Source of the DNA: a virus
Lineage: Duplodnaviria > Caudoviricetes
DNA: 60,370 nt
IMG/VR virus record: IMGVR_UViG_3300036805_000098
Span: 1-60,370 of that record
Direction: 5' to 3' (one strand)
Shown: positions 30,589 through 39,105 of the stretch, piece after piece
Numbering within the stretch: position 1 is the first letter of the stretch
Layout: each line of letters opens with the position of its first letter
Made by a program: the position numbers and the translations under genes
The notes under the pieces: model-generated
Database searches by the model: none
What the model was told of the DNA's origin: nothing
The model's input: the letters and a program-made list of their open reading frames with translations, nothing else

Positions 30589-31304
30589 GCTACGAACGAG
30601 ATCCAGATCTGATGAACGATCTTCAGGACTACATCGAGGGGGACTCCCGGACGGCCGACGCTGCCGCCCGGCGGATCGACGCCCGGGGTGGGGAGGAGAG
30701 CCGCAACGGGGTGACGGTCGTCATGCCGTGCATTCCCCCGCGCTCCGGCGCCGAGCGGCCGGGGACGATGCCCCGGGCGATGCACTCGGTGCTGACCCAG
30801 ACTCGGCCGGTCGATGCGATCAGCATGGCGTTCGACCACCGCCACGAGGGCGCGGCCACCACCCGAAACCGCGCGCTGTCCGGGGTGAAGACCGAGTGGA
30901 TGGCGTTCCTGGACGACGACGACACCCTCAACCCCGACCACATCGAGAAGCTGATGCACCACGCCGAGGCGACCGGCGCCGACCTGGTGTATCCGTGGTT
31001 CGACGTCGTCAACGGGTTCGACCCCTTCCCGCAGTACGCGGGGAAGCCGTTCGACCCCGAGGCGCTGCGGAACGTGCAGAACTACATCCCGGTGACGGTC
31101 CTGGTGCGGACCGGCCTGGTGCGGGGGGTGGGCGGTTTCGAGCCGCGCAACACCTCGGCCGCACCGGGCGCGAGCCCCTGCGAGGAGTGGGGGCTCTGGC
31201 TGAAGCTGCTCGCCGTCGGCGCGAAGTTCTCGCACCTGCCGGAGCGCACCTGGTGCTGGCACTGGCACCCCGGCAACACCTCGGGGAGAGGAGATCAGTG
31301 GTGA
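30585..31304 (+). CDS. GT2 glycosyltransferase
   Basis: AATTRNRAL, AFLDDDD, EEWGLW. Confidence 0.82.
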   Translation: MSYERDPDLMNDLQDYIEGDSRTADAAARRIDARGGEESRNGVTVVMPCIPPRSGAERPGTMPRAMHSVLTQTRPVDAISMAFDHRHEGAATTRNRALSGVKTEWMAFLDDDDTLNPDHIEKLMHHAEATGADLVYPWFDVVNGFDPFPQYAGKPFDPEALRNVQNYIPVTVLVRTGLVRGVGGFEPRNTSAAPGASPCEEWGLWLKLLAVGAKFSHLPERTWCWHWHPGNTSGRGDQW

Positions 31305-31528
31305 AGCGACCTACGGCAAAGAAGGTCCCGGACACCCGGGCCGTCAAGGGTCTGAGGACCACGGTCGAGCCGCACGAGTTCGAGCGGGCGGGGTGGCGCC
31401 GGTGGCTCTGCCGGTACTGCTACGCCCCGAAGAAGCTCCACCCCCGCACCGGATGGGTCCGGCTCCGGCCGCTGAACGATCACACGTACCTGTCGGTGGA
31501 CGCACCGCACTTCGACGAAGGGTGGTGA
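31301..31528 (+). CDS. hypothetical protein
   Basis: Coupled ORF, CRYC. Confidence 0.5.
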   Translation: MKRPTAKKVPDTRAVKGLRTTVEPHEFERAGWRRWLCRYCYAPKKLHPRTGWVRLRPLNDHTYLSVDAPHFDEGW

Positions 31529-31534
31529 GGGGCC

Positions 31535-32197
31535 GTGGGTGAGGCGAAACGGCGCCAGGGACAGCCCCGCAGCCGTCTCACGGTGGCAGCGGTCATACCG
31601 ACAATCCCGGGCCGGGAGAAGCTGCTTGAGAGGGCTCTCGCCTCGGTCCACGCGCAGACCCGGAAGGTCGACCAGGTCGTGGTCGAGCGGGACAGCCTGC
31701 GTACCGGGGCAGCCCAGTCCCGCAACCGGGCGATGCAGCGCGTCACCGCCGACGTGATCGCCTGGCTGGACGACGACGACGAGTGGCTGCCGCACCACGT
31801 CATGGCGTGCATGCGGGTGCTGGAGGCGGACCCCTCGGTCGACCTGGTGTACCCGGTGCCCCGGATGGTCAACGGTCGGGACCCGACAGCGGTCGCCCAT
31901 CAAGGGCGTCTGGTGCTCCCGTGGGGCATCCGGTTCGGCAAGGAGCAGGAGGCCCACCTCCGGCGGAACGGCTCGTTCATCCCGATGACGCACCTGGTGC
32001 GTACCGAGGCGGTCCGCCGGGTCGACGGCTTCCCCGAGGGGTTCGTCCTGCCGGATGGCCGGTACCGGGGCGAGGACGAGGCATACCTCATCCGGCTGCT
32101 GGATGCGGGGGCGCACTTCGAGCACCTGAACAGGAAGACGTGGCGCTGGTACGCGCACCCGGCCACGTCGACCGCCGGGCGGGGCGACCGCCGGTGA
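31535..32197 (+). CDS. GT2 glycosyltransferase
   Basis: VIPTI, SRNRAM, AWLDDDD, GED. Confidence 0.82.
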   Translation: MGEAKRRQGQPRSRLTVAAVIPTIPGREKLLERALASVHAQTRKVDQVVVERDSLRTGAAQSRNRAMQRVTADVIAWLDDDDEWLPHHVMACMRVLEADPSVDLVYPVPRMVNGRDPTAVAHQGRLVLPWGIRFGKEQEAHLRRNGSFIPMTHLVRTEAVRRVDGFPEGFVLPDGRYRGEDEAYLIRLLDAGAHFEHLNRKTWRWYAHPATSTAGRGDRR

Positions 32198-32259
32198 AGA
32201 GCACCGAGGCCGGGCGGGTCTACCACTGGCGATGCGGATACGAGGAAGAGGAGCTGGAC

Positions 32260-32622
32260 ATGGCCGTAGGAAGAGCAGAACTGAAGGTCGACGTCGTACC
32301 CGATCCGGACAGCGTGGCGGCCCTGGCCCGGACGATGTACCAGATGTCCGAGGTGATGGCGGCCGTGGCGGACAGCTTCCGCCGGGCATCCGGGAGCCTG
32401 TCCGCTCTCGCGGCGGACCTGTCCGCCGGACAGACTGGCGACCCCGACTGCGAGACCGGCGACGTCCGGACCTGCACGACGGCGTGTCCGGTACACGGCG
32501 ACATCCCGCCGTCCGCCCCGGCGGGCGACTGTCCGCTCTACCCGGACGGACGGCCCCACAACCCGCACGACTGGTCACCTCGTCCGGGCGACCTTGTCCG
32601 CTGTCCGGGAGTGCCCGGCTGA
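32260..32622 (+). CDS. hypothetical protein
   Basis: GAGGAG RBS. Confidence 0.5.
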   Translation: MAVGRAELKVDVVPDPDSVAALARTMYQMSEVMAAVADSFRRASGSLSALAADLSAGQTGDPDCETGDVRTCTTACPVHGDIPPSAPAGDCPLYPDGRPHNPHDWSPRPGDLVRCPGVPG

Positions 32623-32662
32623 CTGTCCGTCCGCTGTCCGCCCCAACTGTCCGCCCTGTCCG
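32595..32662. repeat. TGTCCG repeat cluster
   Basis: Six TGTCCG copies at 32595, 32602, 32624, 32635, 32648, 32657. Confidence 0.8.
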
Positions 32663-32738
32663 GCTCATCGCTGGACAGGGCGGACTTTTGCATTTACCTT
32701 TGTCGAACCACGTATATCGAGCGGACAGGAAAAGGATC

Positions 32739-32996
32739 ATGGCGAAGCCCACGAGTTACGTCTACCACGCGGAGGGGCTGTGCGGCCCGGACACGATCAG
32801 CGTGGACGGGTTCTGCTGGCCGATGTCCGGAGCGGACACCCTCACCGAGGCGGACATAGCCGGGTGGATCACAACCCACGTGGCCGAGAGGTTGGAACGT
32901 CCGGTGAACGAGATCGTGATCGGCACCCTGTCCTGGACGGACATCGAGCCCCTGGCGGACGAGGCGGACACGACGGACGAGGAGACCGGACAGTGA
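32739..32996 (+). CDS. hypothetical protein
   Basis: AAAGGA RBS; first gene of the transfer module. Confidence 0.6.
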   Translation: MAKPTSYVYHAEGLCGPDTISVDGFCWPMSGADTLTEADIAGWITTHVAERLERPVNEIVIGTLSWTDIEPLADEADTTDEETGQ

Positions 32997-34156
32997 AGCT
33001 TCCCAAGATCTTCAAGCACGCGGCCGAGCCGGACGTCCGCCGGACGACCCGGACCGTGTCCGCCGCCGCGCCCCGGTGGGTCGGCTGGTTCACGGACATC
33101 GGCCGTCCGCTGTCCGCCATCGTCGTCATGGTGCTCTGCGCACCGGGTGAGCGGCACCTCGCGCTACTGGCCGGGTGGGGCCCAACCCTGTCGTGGGGGA
33201 TGGCGGGCCTCCTGGTCATGTACGCGGGCATCGCAGCCGTCGTGGCGACCGTCCGGCCCAAGGGTGCCCCCGGAAAGAAGACGGCCGTCATCGGCGCCAT
33301 TCTGTCCCTTCTCCTGGCCATGGCCGCGCAGCCGGTGAGCCACTACTTCGTGACCGGATGGATGTCGGCCTCCCCGAGGGCGCCGTTCTGGCTCGTGACA
33401 GTCGTGAGCTGCGTGCCGCCGTTCGTCATGGGTCACCTGCTGCACCTTGCGGCCGACCCGGGCGGACAGCCCGAGGCGGACACCCGGACGGCGCGGGAGA
33501 TCTACGAGTCCGGGTTCGTCCGGGCGGACGAGATCACCGACCACGGTCCGGTCCCGCACCCGGACGATGTCCGGCCGGTCCAGGCGGACACGGCGGACGA
33601 GGACCCGGACGACGGGGCGGACATCCCGTGGAGCAACCCGGCTCGCTGGACGGCGGACACGGAGGACGAGGCGGACGACTACCCGGTGGAGGGCGGACAC
33701 GAGATCCTGCCTGCGGGCGTCCTGTCCGAATTCTCGTTCGGCCCGCTGTCCGGGTACGCCTGGGGTGAGCCGCCCCGGCGTCCGGTGCCGACCGAGGCGG
33801 ACAGCGGACAGTCTCTCGTGCGGGACAACGGCGTCACGATGAGCGCCGCCGAGTTCAACAGCCTGCTCCCGCCGCCCGGCGAGACCCGGGAGAGCGCGGA
33901 CGACCTGATCCAGGCTGTCCGGAACCTCGCCGCCTCCACCCCGGACACCGGACGGACAGCGTCCGCCGGACAGCCGGACGCCCCGGCGGACGGACCGGCC
34001 CAGGGCCTGTCCGGCTGGATCAAAGATCTCTGGAACCTCAACCCGGACATGTCGGCCGCCGACGTCCGGACGGCCGTCCGGGACCGCTTCCCGGACATCA
34101 AGACGGACACCGTCCGCAAGGCGGTCAAGCGAGCAGGGGAGGCGATCCAGTCATGA
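32993..34156 (+). CDS. Spd-like (plasmid spread) membrane protein
   Basis: Four N-terminal TM segments, acidic linker, helical C-terminus; directly upstream of traB-like gene. Confidence 0.55.
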   Translation: MKLPKIFKHAAEPDVRRTTRTVSAAAPRWVGWFTDIGRPLSAIVVMVLCAPGERHLALLAGWGPTLSWGMAGLLVMYAGIAAVVATVRPKGAPGKKTAVIGAILSLLLAMAAQPVSHYFVTGWMSASPRAPFWLVTVVSCVPPFVMGHLLHLAADPGGQPEADTRTAREIYESGFVRADEITDHGPVPHPDDVRPVQADTADEDPDDGADIPWSNPARWTADTEDEADDYPVEGGHEILPAGVLSEFSFGPLSGYAWGEPPRRPVPTEADSGQSLVRDNGVTMSAAEFNSLLPPPGETRESADDLIQAVRNLAASTPDTGRTASAGQPDAPADGPAQGLSGWIKDLWNLNPDMSAADVRTAVRDRFPDIKTDTVRKAVKRAGEAIQS

Positions 34157-36084
34157 GCAAGGGCCGGAGCAACACCAACGAGGAGTCGATCAAGATCAAG
34201 CGCACCCATCATCGGCCACTGACCGAGCGGGCGTTCCCGTACGTGCTGCCGTGGGGGCTCGGGTTCATCACCCTGCCCCTGGGGGAGTTCCTGGCCTGGC
34301 AGGCGTCGGGCCCGTTCATGACGATCATCGTCATGCTCTGCGCGGGCCTGCTGACCTGGACGACTTACGTCACCTGGGACCGGCGCCACGAGCACACCCG
34401 CAACGCGGCCACCGTGATCACGGCTGGGTTCTCGGGATGGCTGGTCGCCTGCACCGCGAGCAGCCCGGACAACCGGCCGATGCTGACCACGTGGGTGATC
34501 ATGTGGATCATGCTCTCGCTGATCTGGAACATCCGTCACGCGGGCATCAGCACCGAGAACAAGCACGACCAGCCGTCGGCTCGGGCCGAGTCGGTGTGGG
34601 CCCCGATCCGGGCGCTCAAGAAGTCCCGCACCAAGGACGTCCACACCACCCCGGACGGCGCCGTCCGCATCACCGTGCAGCACCCCGGCGGACAGGCGAC
34701 GACGGACGATGTCCGCGCCGCCCGGAAGAACATCGCCGGACGCCTCGCGGTGGACGAGTCGGCCGTGTCCGTCGGCAACGTCTTCGGCCGGGCGGACCAG
34801 TCGGTGGTCACTGTCCGGCCGGACAACCCCACCGGACACGTCGTCCGCTGGACCGGACCGTCCGCCCCTGGACAGTCCATCGCGGACAAGCCTGTCCGCC
34901 TCGGTGTCCGGGCGGACAGCTCGCCGCTGGCGTTCTGGCTCACGGGCGATGACGACACCTCGCGCCCGGCGCCGCACACGCTCTGGACCGGCATGACCGG
35001 CTCCGGCAAGACCGAGGCGTTCTGCGTCGCGGTGCTGGAGATGCGCAGCCGGATCGACTGCGTGCCGGTGGTCGCCGACCCGGTCAAGTTCATGCTCTCA
35101 TTCGGGGACATTGCGGACGCCTTCGCCATCGCGGCCGACGGCCCGGACCAGACCGCGCAGCTCATCCGGAACCTGCCGGAAACGCTGCGCTACCGGGCCT
35201 GGGTGCTGGGCAAGCTCGGGTACAAGCAGTGGGTTCCCGAGTGCTACACCAAGCACGGCATCCCGGTCGTCCCGGTGCACATCGAAGAGGCCGCGCAGGC
35301 TCTCGGCAGCAACGACGACTTCAAGATGTCGATCCAGACCGCCCGCGCGCTGGGCATGCCGATCTCCGCATCCATGCAGGTCGCGGTGTTCCGGAGCATG
35401 CCGCGTGAGGCCCGAGCCCAGTTCGGCAATTCGATCGCCTTCGGTGTCCGGGAGATGCAGGATGCCCGGTTCGCCCTCACGGACACAACGCTGAACGCGG
35501 GCGCCGACCCCACCAAGTGGGCCAACAACCACCCCGGCCGCTGCTATGCCGAGCTGGTGGGGACGCCCGAGGAGAAGTGGGCCGAGGAGTGCCGGGTCTA
35601 CAAGGTCACGCTTGACGAGAAGCGCGCCACGCTGGAGGCCACCCGGCCGCACTGGGCACAGATCGACCCCGGTACGGCCATGCGGCTGGGGGCCGGGATC
35701 GACCGGCCCGACGCCTCGGTACTGGCCGGGATCGGCAGCTCCAACGCCTACGCCGACCCGGACCCGTTCGAGGAGAACACCGACCCCGTCAAGCTCGGAA
35801 AGACGATCATCGACCTGTCCACCGAGGGCCGTCCGTCCAAGGAGGACGCCCGGGAAATGATCGGTGCCAAGATCGACGAGCTGGAGATGAGGGGTGCGGA
35901 AACGATCTCCATCACGGACTTCAACGACGTGATCCCGCTGCTCGGGCGGCACCGCACGTGGGTGTATCTGGAGCTTGACCGGCAGGCCGGTTCGGGTCGG
36001 CTGGAGAGGCTGCCGGGAGACCGGAGGGAGTACACGATCCGGCCCCGTGGGAGCAACGGCCACCTTGCCCCGGCGGGTGCATGA
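34153..36084 (+). CDS. traB: TraB-like FtsK/SpoIIIE conjugative DNA translocase
   Basis: N-terminal TM segments, GMTGSGKT Walker A, HIEEAA Walker B, ARALGM..SASMQ, C-terminal wHTH-like RHRTWVYLEL. Confidence 0.78.
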   Translation: MSKGRSNTNEESIKIKRTHHRPLTERAFPYVLPWGLGFITLPLGEFLAWQASGPFMTIIVMLCAGLLTWTTYVTWDRRHEHTRNAATVITAGFSGWLVACTASSPDNRPMLTTWVIMWIMLSLIWNIRHAGISTENKHDQPSARAESVWAPIRALKKSRTKDVHTTPDGAVRITVQHPGGQATTDDVRAARKNIAGRLAVDESAVSVGNVFGRADQSVVTVRPDNPTGHVVRWTGPSAPGQSIADKPVRLGVRADSSPLAFWLTGDDDTSRPAPHTLWTGMTGSGKTEAFCVAVLEMRSRIDCVPVVADPVKFMLSFGDIADAFAIAADGPDQTAQLIRNLPETLRYRAWVLGKLGYKQWVPECYTKHGIPVVPVHIEEAAQALGSNDDFKMSIQTARALGMPISASMQVAVFRSMPREARAQFGNSIAFGVREMQDARFALTDTTLNAGADPTKWANNHPGRCYAELVGTPEEKWAEECRVYKVTLDEKRATLEATRPHWAQIDPGTAMRLGAGIDRPDASVLAGIGSSNAYADPDPFEENTDPVKLGKTIIDLSTEGRPSKEDAREMIGAKIDELEMRGAETISITDFNDVIPLLGRHRTWVYLELDRQAGSGRLERLPGDRREYTIRPRGSNGHLAPAGA

Positions 36085-36090
36085 GAGGAG

Positions 36091-36145
36091 CTGTGAGGCC
36101 CCGTGTGAGGACCCTGTGATTGGGGCCGTGTGAGCGGCCCTGACC
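36091..36145. repeat. short TGTGA(G) direct repeats downstream of traB, candidate clt locus
   Basis: CTGTGAGG, GTGTGAGG, CTGTGATT, GTGTGAGC within about 45 bp. Confidence 0.45.
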
Positions 36146-36234
36146 ATAGGTATTCGCGTTCAGTTCACAAGATCGAAAAGGGTCTCCTGTGTCACACGGC
36201 AGAGGGCGCCCGGGAGCGGAGAAGGAGAGCGGAG

Positions 36235-36666
36235 ATGAGCACTGGATTCCCGGCGCCCGAGGGCGACCGGCAGAGGATGGCCGAGCTGGCCGAGTACGTC
36301 CGGGGAGAGATCGTTTCGCGCGGCGGTGATCTTGGCCAGACCAAGATCGAACTTCACTACCACGCGGCCCCGGTGAAGATCGACACGGCGCCGGTCGACG
36401 CCTCGGCCGGAGACGCCGTCCTGGCGAAGTACACGCCGTACTTCATCGTCCTTCTCGGGGGCGTGGTCATCCTCGCGTGCGTAGGCGTGGTGACGGTTCT
36501 CCTGCTGCCCGCCCTGCTCACGATGGTGACCATGATCGCGGTGGTGATGGGCGGCTTCGCCGTGATGTCCATCGCGGTCGCCGCCTCGGTCAAGAGCCTG
36601 AAGCAGTCGGCGAGTGACCGGGACGTGGTCCGGCAGGCGGTGAAGGGTGGCCGTCGGCGCCGCTGA
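36235..36666 (+). CDS. SpdD-like membrane protein
   Basis: Two long TM segments, basic C-terminus, follows traB. Confidence 0.5.
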   Translation: MSTGFPAPEGDRQRMAELAEYVRGEIVSRGGDLGQTKIELHYHAAPVKIDTAPVDASAGDAVLAKYTPYFIVLLGGVVILACVGVVTVLLLPALLTMVTMIAVVMGGFAVMSIAVAASVKSLKQSASDRDVVRQAVKGGRRRR

Positions 36667-36699
36667 AGCCTGGTTTTGTAACGACTAGATAACGGAATC

Positions 36700-36722
36700 G
36701 GCCCCCTCGGGGGCCTTTTTTC
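36700..36722 (+). terminator. rho-independent terminator
   Basis: GGCCCCC-TC-GGGGGCC followed by a T run. Confidence 0.85.
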
Positions 36723-36779
36723 ATGATCAGATTACCTTAACTTTACCAAGTATTTCTATCGCCCCAGGTCAGAGCCCTG

Positions 36780-36830
36780 CCTAAAGTTTGCGATCTTATC
36801 CCATGGGGCGTACCTTTGGGGTAGTTCGAA
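36780..36830 (+). promoter_or_regulatory. variant of the repeated early-like promoter
   Basis: CTAAA...TACCTTTGGGGTAGTTC resembles the TACTTTTGGGGAAGTTC family. Confidence 0.55.
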
Positions 36831-37175
36831 AGCACGGCGGGGCCAAGCGGTAAGGCCCTCGGGAAACCACCGGGAACCCGGTGAGGCCCAAACGGCGCAA
36901 GTCGCCACCGGAGACAGGGCACCGACCCTCCACAAGAAAACGGCAGGCGAGTTCAGCAGCGGAAACGCTGCCTGGGGACGGGCCTTGATCAGCCGAGGAC
37001 ATACGGCACTGACTGATCACTGCGAGCACACATCCAGGCGGGGTAAGCGCGAGGGGCGAACCGACGGCACAGACGACCCAACGGAGCCAACCGGCGGTGC
37101 CCCTAGGCGCCCCTGATGGGACTTAGCCCGGAGGGTCGGGAGCACGACCCGCACGACACAGCACGTAAGTAGACA

Positions 37176-37276
37176 GCCGAAACACCCGGCCGGACGGTTC
37201 GCTCGTACCTCTAAACGATGCATAACCGACCGGGTGTCGGCGGGGATGGCCTCCCCGCCCTGACGAGGCAGGCCAC
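37176..37276 (+). ncRNA. type II hammerhead ribozyme 1 (extended stem III)
   Basis: GCC-GAAA-CACCCGG...CCGGGTG-TC-GGCGGGG-ATGGCCT-CCCCGCC-CTGACGA-GGC-AGGCCA; predicted cleavage after 37238. Confidence 0.9.
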
Positions 37277-37294
37277 ACGGACTTAGGAGCCGAC

Positions 37295-37555
37295 ATGCCG
37301 ACCTACACGATCAAGTACAACGCAGGCACGAACCACATCGAGGGTGTCGCCATCCGCACCGAGAGCACCGGGACCGAGAGCGGCGGCGTTGTCGCCGACT
37401 ACTCGCTGAGCGCCTGCGGGGCACTGACCCGGGGCCGGTTCGCCACGGGCCGGAGCTTCACCGACCTGACCGAGGCGCTGCGGATCGCCCGCCTCGGCCG
37501 CCGCAAGGTGTGCCGCACCTGCGAGAAGGCCGCACTCGCCGAGATCGAGAGCTGA
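37295..37555 (+). CDS. hypothetical protein, ribozyme-flanked
   Basis: AGGAG RBS, CRTC. Confidence 0.75.
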   Translation: MPTYTIKYNAGTNHIEGVAIRTESTGTESGGVVADYSLSACGALTRGRFATGRSFTDLTEALRIARLGRRKVCRTCEKAALAEIES

Positions 37556-37557
37556 GA

Positions 37558-37626
37558 GCCGAAACGGCGCCCTCCGGGGCGCCGTCGGCGGGGGCTGGCC
37601 GCCCCGTCCTGACGATGGCAGGCCAC
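37558..37626 (+). ncRNA. type II hammerhead ribozyme 2
   Basis: Full core GAAA / GTC / CTGACGA(T) with stems I-III; predicted cleavage after 37586. Confidence 0.85.
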
Positions 37627-37645
37627 ACGGACATAGGAGCCGATC

Positions 37646-37864
37646 ATGTCGATGACCCGCAAGCACTTCGTCGCCTTCGCCCAGATCATCGCGGCCGAGG
37701 TCGCCGAGGCGAACGAACTCACCCCGGTCCGCCGGAACGCCGCGCTGCGGACGCTGCGCAGCACCGCTCGGGCGATGGCCCGGGAGTTCGCCTACGACAA
37801 CCGGAACTTCGACCGGGCGCGGTTCATGGACGCGTGCGGACTCGGGGACCCCAACGGCAACTGA
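37646..37864 (+). CDS. hypothetical protein, ribozyme-flanked
   Basis: MTRKHFVAFA...DNRNFDRARFMDAC; AGGAG RBS. Confidence 0.75.
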   Translation: MSMTRKHFVAFAQIIAAEVAEANELTPVRRNAALRTLRSTARAMAREFAYDNRNFDRARFMDACGLGDPNGN

Positions 37865-37870
37865 TCAACA

Positions 37871-37939
37871 GCCGAAACGGCGTCCTCCGGGGCGCCGTCG
37901 GCGGGGGCTGGCCGCCCCGTCCTGACGATGGCAGGCCAC
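37871..37939 (+). ncRNA. type II hammerhead ribozyme 3
   Basis: Same core; predicted cleavage after 37899. Confidence 0.85.
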
Positions 37940-37958
37940 ACGGACATAGGAGCCGATC

Positions 37959-38135
37959 ATGCCGTATGGGACCCTCTGCCCCAAGTGCGGGCACCCGGAG
38001 ACCGACTACAACAACAGCGACCCCGAGCAGTGCGGCGGCTGCCGCAACCGGGCGTTCCGCGCTTCACACGGGGGCGTCGACCGGGTGACCGACTTCCTGT
38101 TCCCGGGACTCAAGAACCTCTATCCGACCGACTGA
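37959..38135 (+). CDS. 58-aa Zn-ribbon-like protein, ribozyme-flanked (absent from the ORF track)
   Basis: MPYGTLCPKCGH...QCGGCRN...PTD stop; AGGAG RBS. Confidence 0.7.
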   Translation: MPYGTLCPKCGHPETDYNNSDPEQCGGCRNRAFRASHGGVDRVTDFLFPGLKNLYPTD

Positions 38136-38200
38136 GCCGAAACGGCGCCCCGGCGCCGTCGGCGGGGGCTGGCCGCCCCGTCCTGATGATGGCAGGCCAC
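38136..38200 (+). ncRNA. type II hammerhead ribozyme 4
   Basis: CTGATGA(T) core, shortened stem III; predicted cleavage after 38160. Confidence 0.85.
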
Positions 38201-38218
38201 ACGGACATAGGAGCCGAC

Positions 38219-38398
38219 ATGATCGTTACCCCCGACATGATCGAAGCGCTGCGGACTCTCCGGCTCGCAAGCCGGACGGGTCTCGGCCTGGACGGTGCGG
38301 CTCGGGAGGCGTTTGACACCTTGGACAACCAGGGAGCATTCGCCGAGATCGACATCACCACCGGATACGAGATCTTCAGCGACGAGGATTTTCAGTGA
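38219..38398 (+). CDS. hypothetical protein
   Basis: AGGAG RBS after ribozyme 4. Confidence 0.65.
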   Translation: MIVTPDMIEALRTLRLASRTGLGLDGAAREAFDTLDNQGAFAEIDITTGYEIFSDEDFQ

Positions 38399-38700
38399 CG
38401 GTACCGACCCTCTACCACGGGACGGCCGAGGCGTTCGCCCCGGGCGACACCGTCGACCCCTCGTACGAGCTGGGAGCGCGGCGCGGCCGGGCGTTCGTCT
38501 ACGCGACGACCGACCCGGACGTTGCCCGCAACTACGCCCGGCACAAGGCGTGGGTCAAGGGGATGTTCGAGGAGGACGTGAGGGCCCGGACGTACGAGGT
38601 ACGGCCGACCGGCCCCGTGGAACCGGACGACACCGTAGACGGCCGTTTCGCCGCCTGGAGGACCCGGCGGCCGATGGAGGTCGTGCGGGAGCTTCCGTAA
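38395..38700 (+). CDS. Arr-like ADP-ribosyltransferase
   Basis: LYHGT...PGD...VYAT...YEVRPTG.VEPD...WRTRRPMEVV resembles the Arr family pattern. Confidence 0.65.
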   Translation: MTVPTLYHGTAEAFAPGDTVDPSYELGARRGRAFVYATTDPDVARNYARHKAWVKGMFEEDVRARTYEVRPTGPVEPDDTVDGRFAAWRTRRPMEVVRELP

Positions 38701-38768
38701 CGATCGGGACTCGATTTAACTAAATCGGTCGTCGGTCTCACCTTCTTCCCCTACTTTTGGGGAAGTTC
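38698..38768 (+). promoter_or_regulatory. repeated promoter/operator copy A
   Basis: TAACGATCGGGACTCGATTTAACTAAATCG...TACTTTTGGGGAAGTTC. Confidence 0.75.
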
Positions 38769-38859
38769 ACCAGGAAGGCGCCGGGACGAGGTCACTACGT
38801 TGACCGACCGGCAACGGGGTCGCAACCGGCGCCTTCCGCCCCGAGTCGAGGAGCACACC

Positions 38860-38985
38860 ATGGGAACGATCTTCGAATCCGCCAAGCGCGCCGTCAACCG
38901 GCTCGCGAAGACCTTCACCTGCCCCCGCTGCGGGGCGCCGCTCACCGCTGCGGGCCACTGCTCGCAGACGTGCGGCGGGATCTGA
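38860..38985 (+). CDS. 41-aa Zn-ribbon protein
   Basis: GAGGAG RBS, CPRC...CSQTC. Confidence 0.65.
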   Translation: MGTIFESAKRAVNRLAKTFTCPRCGAPLTAAGHCSQTCGGI

Positions 38986-38987
38986 GA

Positions 38988-39056
38988 GCCGAAACGGCGC
39001 CCTCCGGGGCGCCGTCGGCGGGGGCTGGCCGCCCCGTCCTGATGATGGCAGGCCAC
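38988..39056 (+). ncRNA. type II hammerhead ribozyme 5
   Basis: Same core; predicted cleavage after 39016. Confidence 0.85.
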
Positions 39057-39105
39057 ATGCAGACGCCGACCGACCGGGGCGGCGCCCAGCAGAAGGAGAA
39101 AGATC

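Noticed and set aside
37928-38218. ORF-track protein starting MAGHTDIGAD
   Set aside because: It begins inside the ribozyme repeat and reads through another; the RBS-linked genes start at 37959 and 38219
37176-39056. CRISPR array
   Set aside because: Repeats are 65-100 bp and separated by whole ORFs of variable length; no cas operon; a hammerhead core explains the repeats
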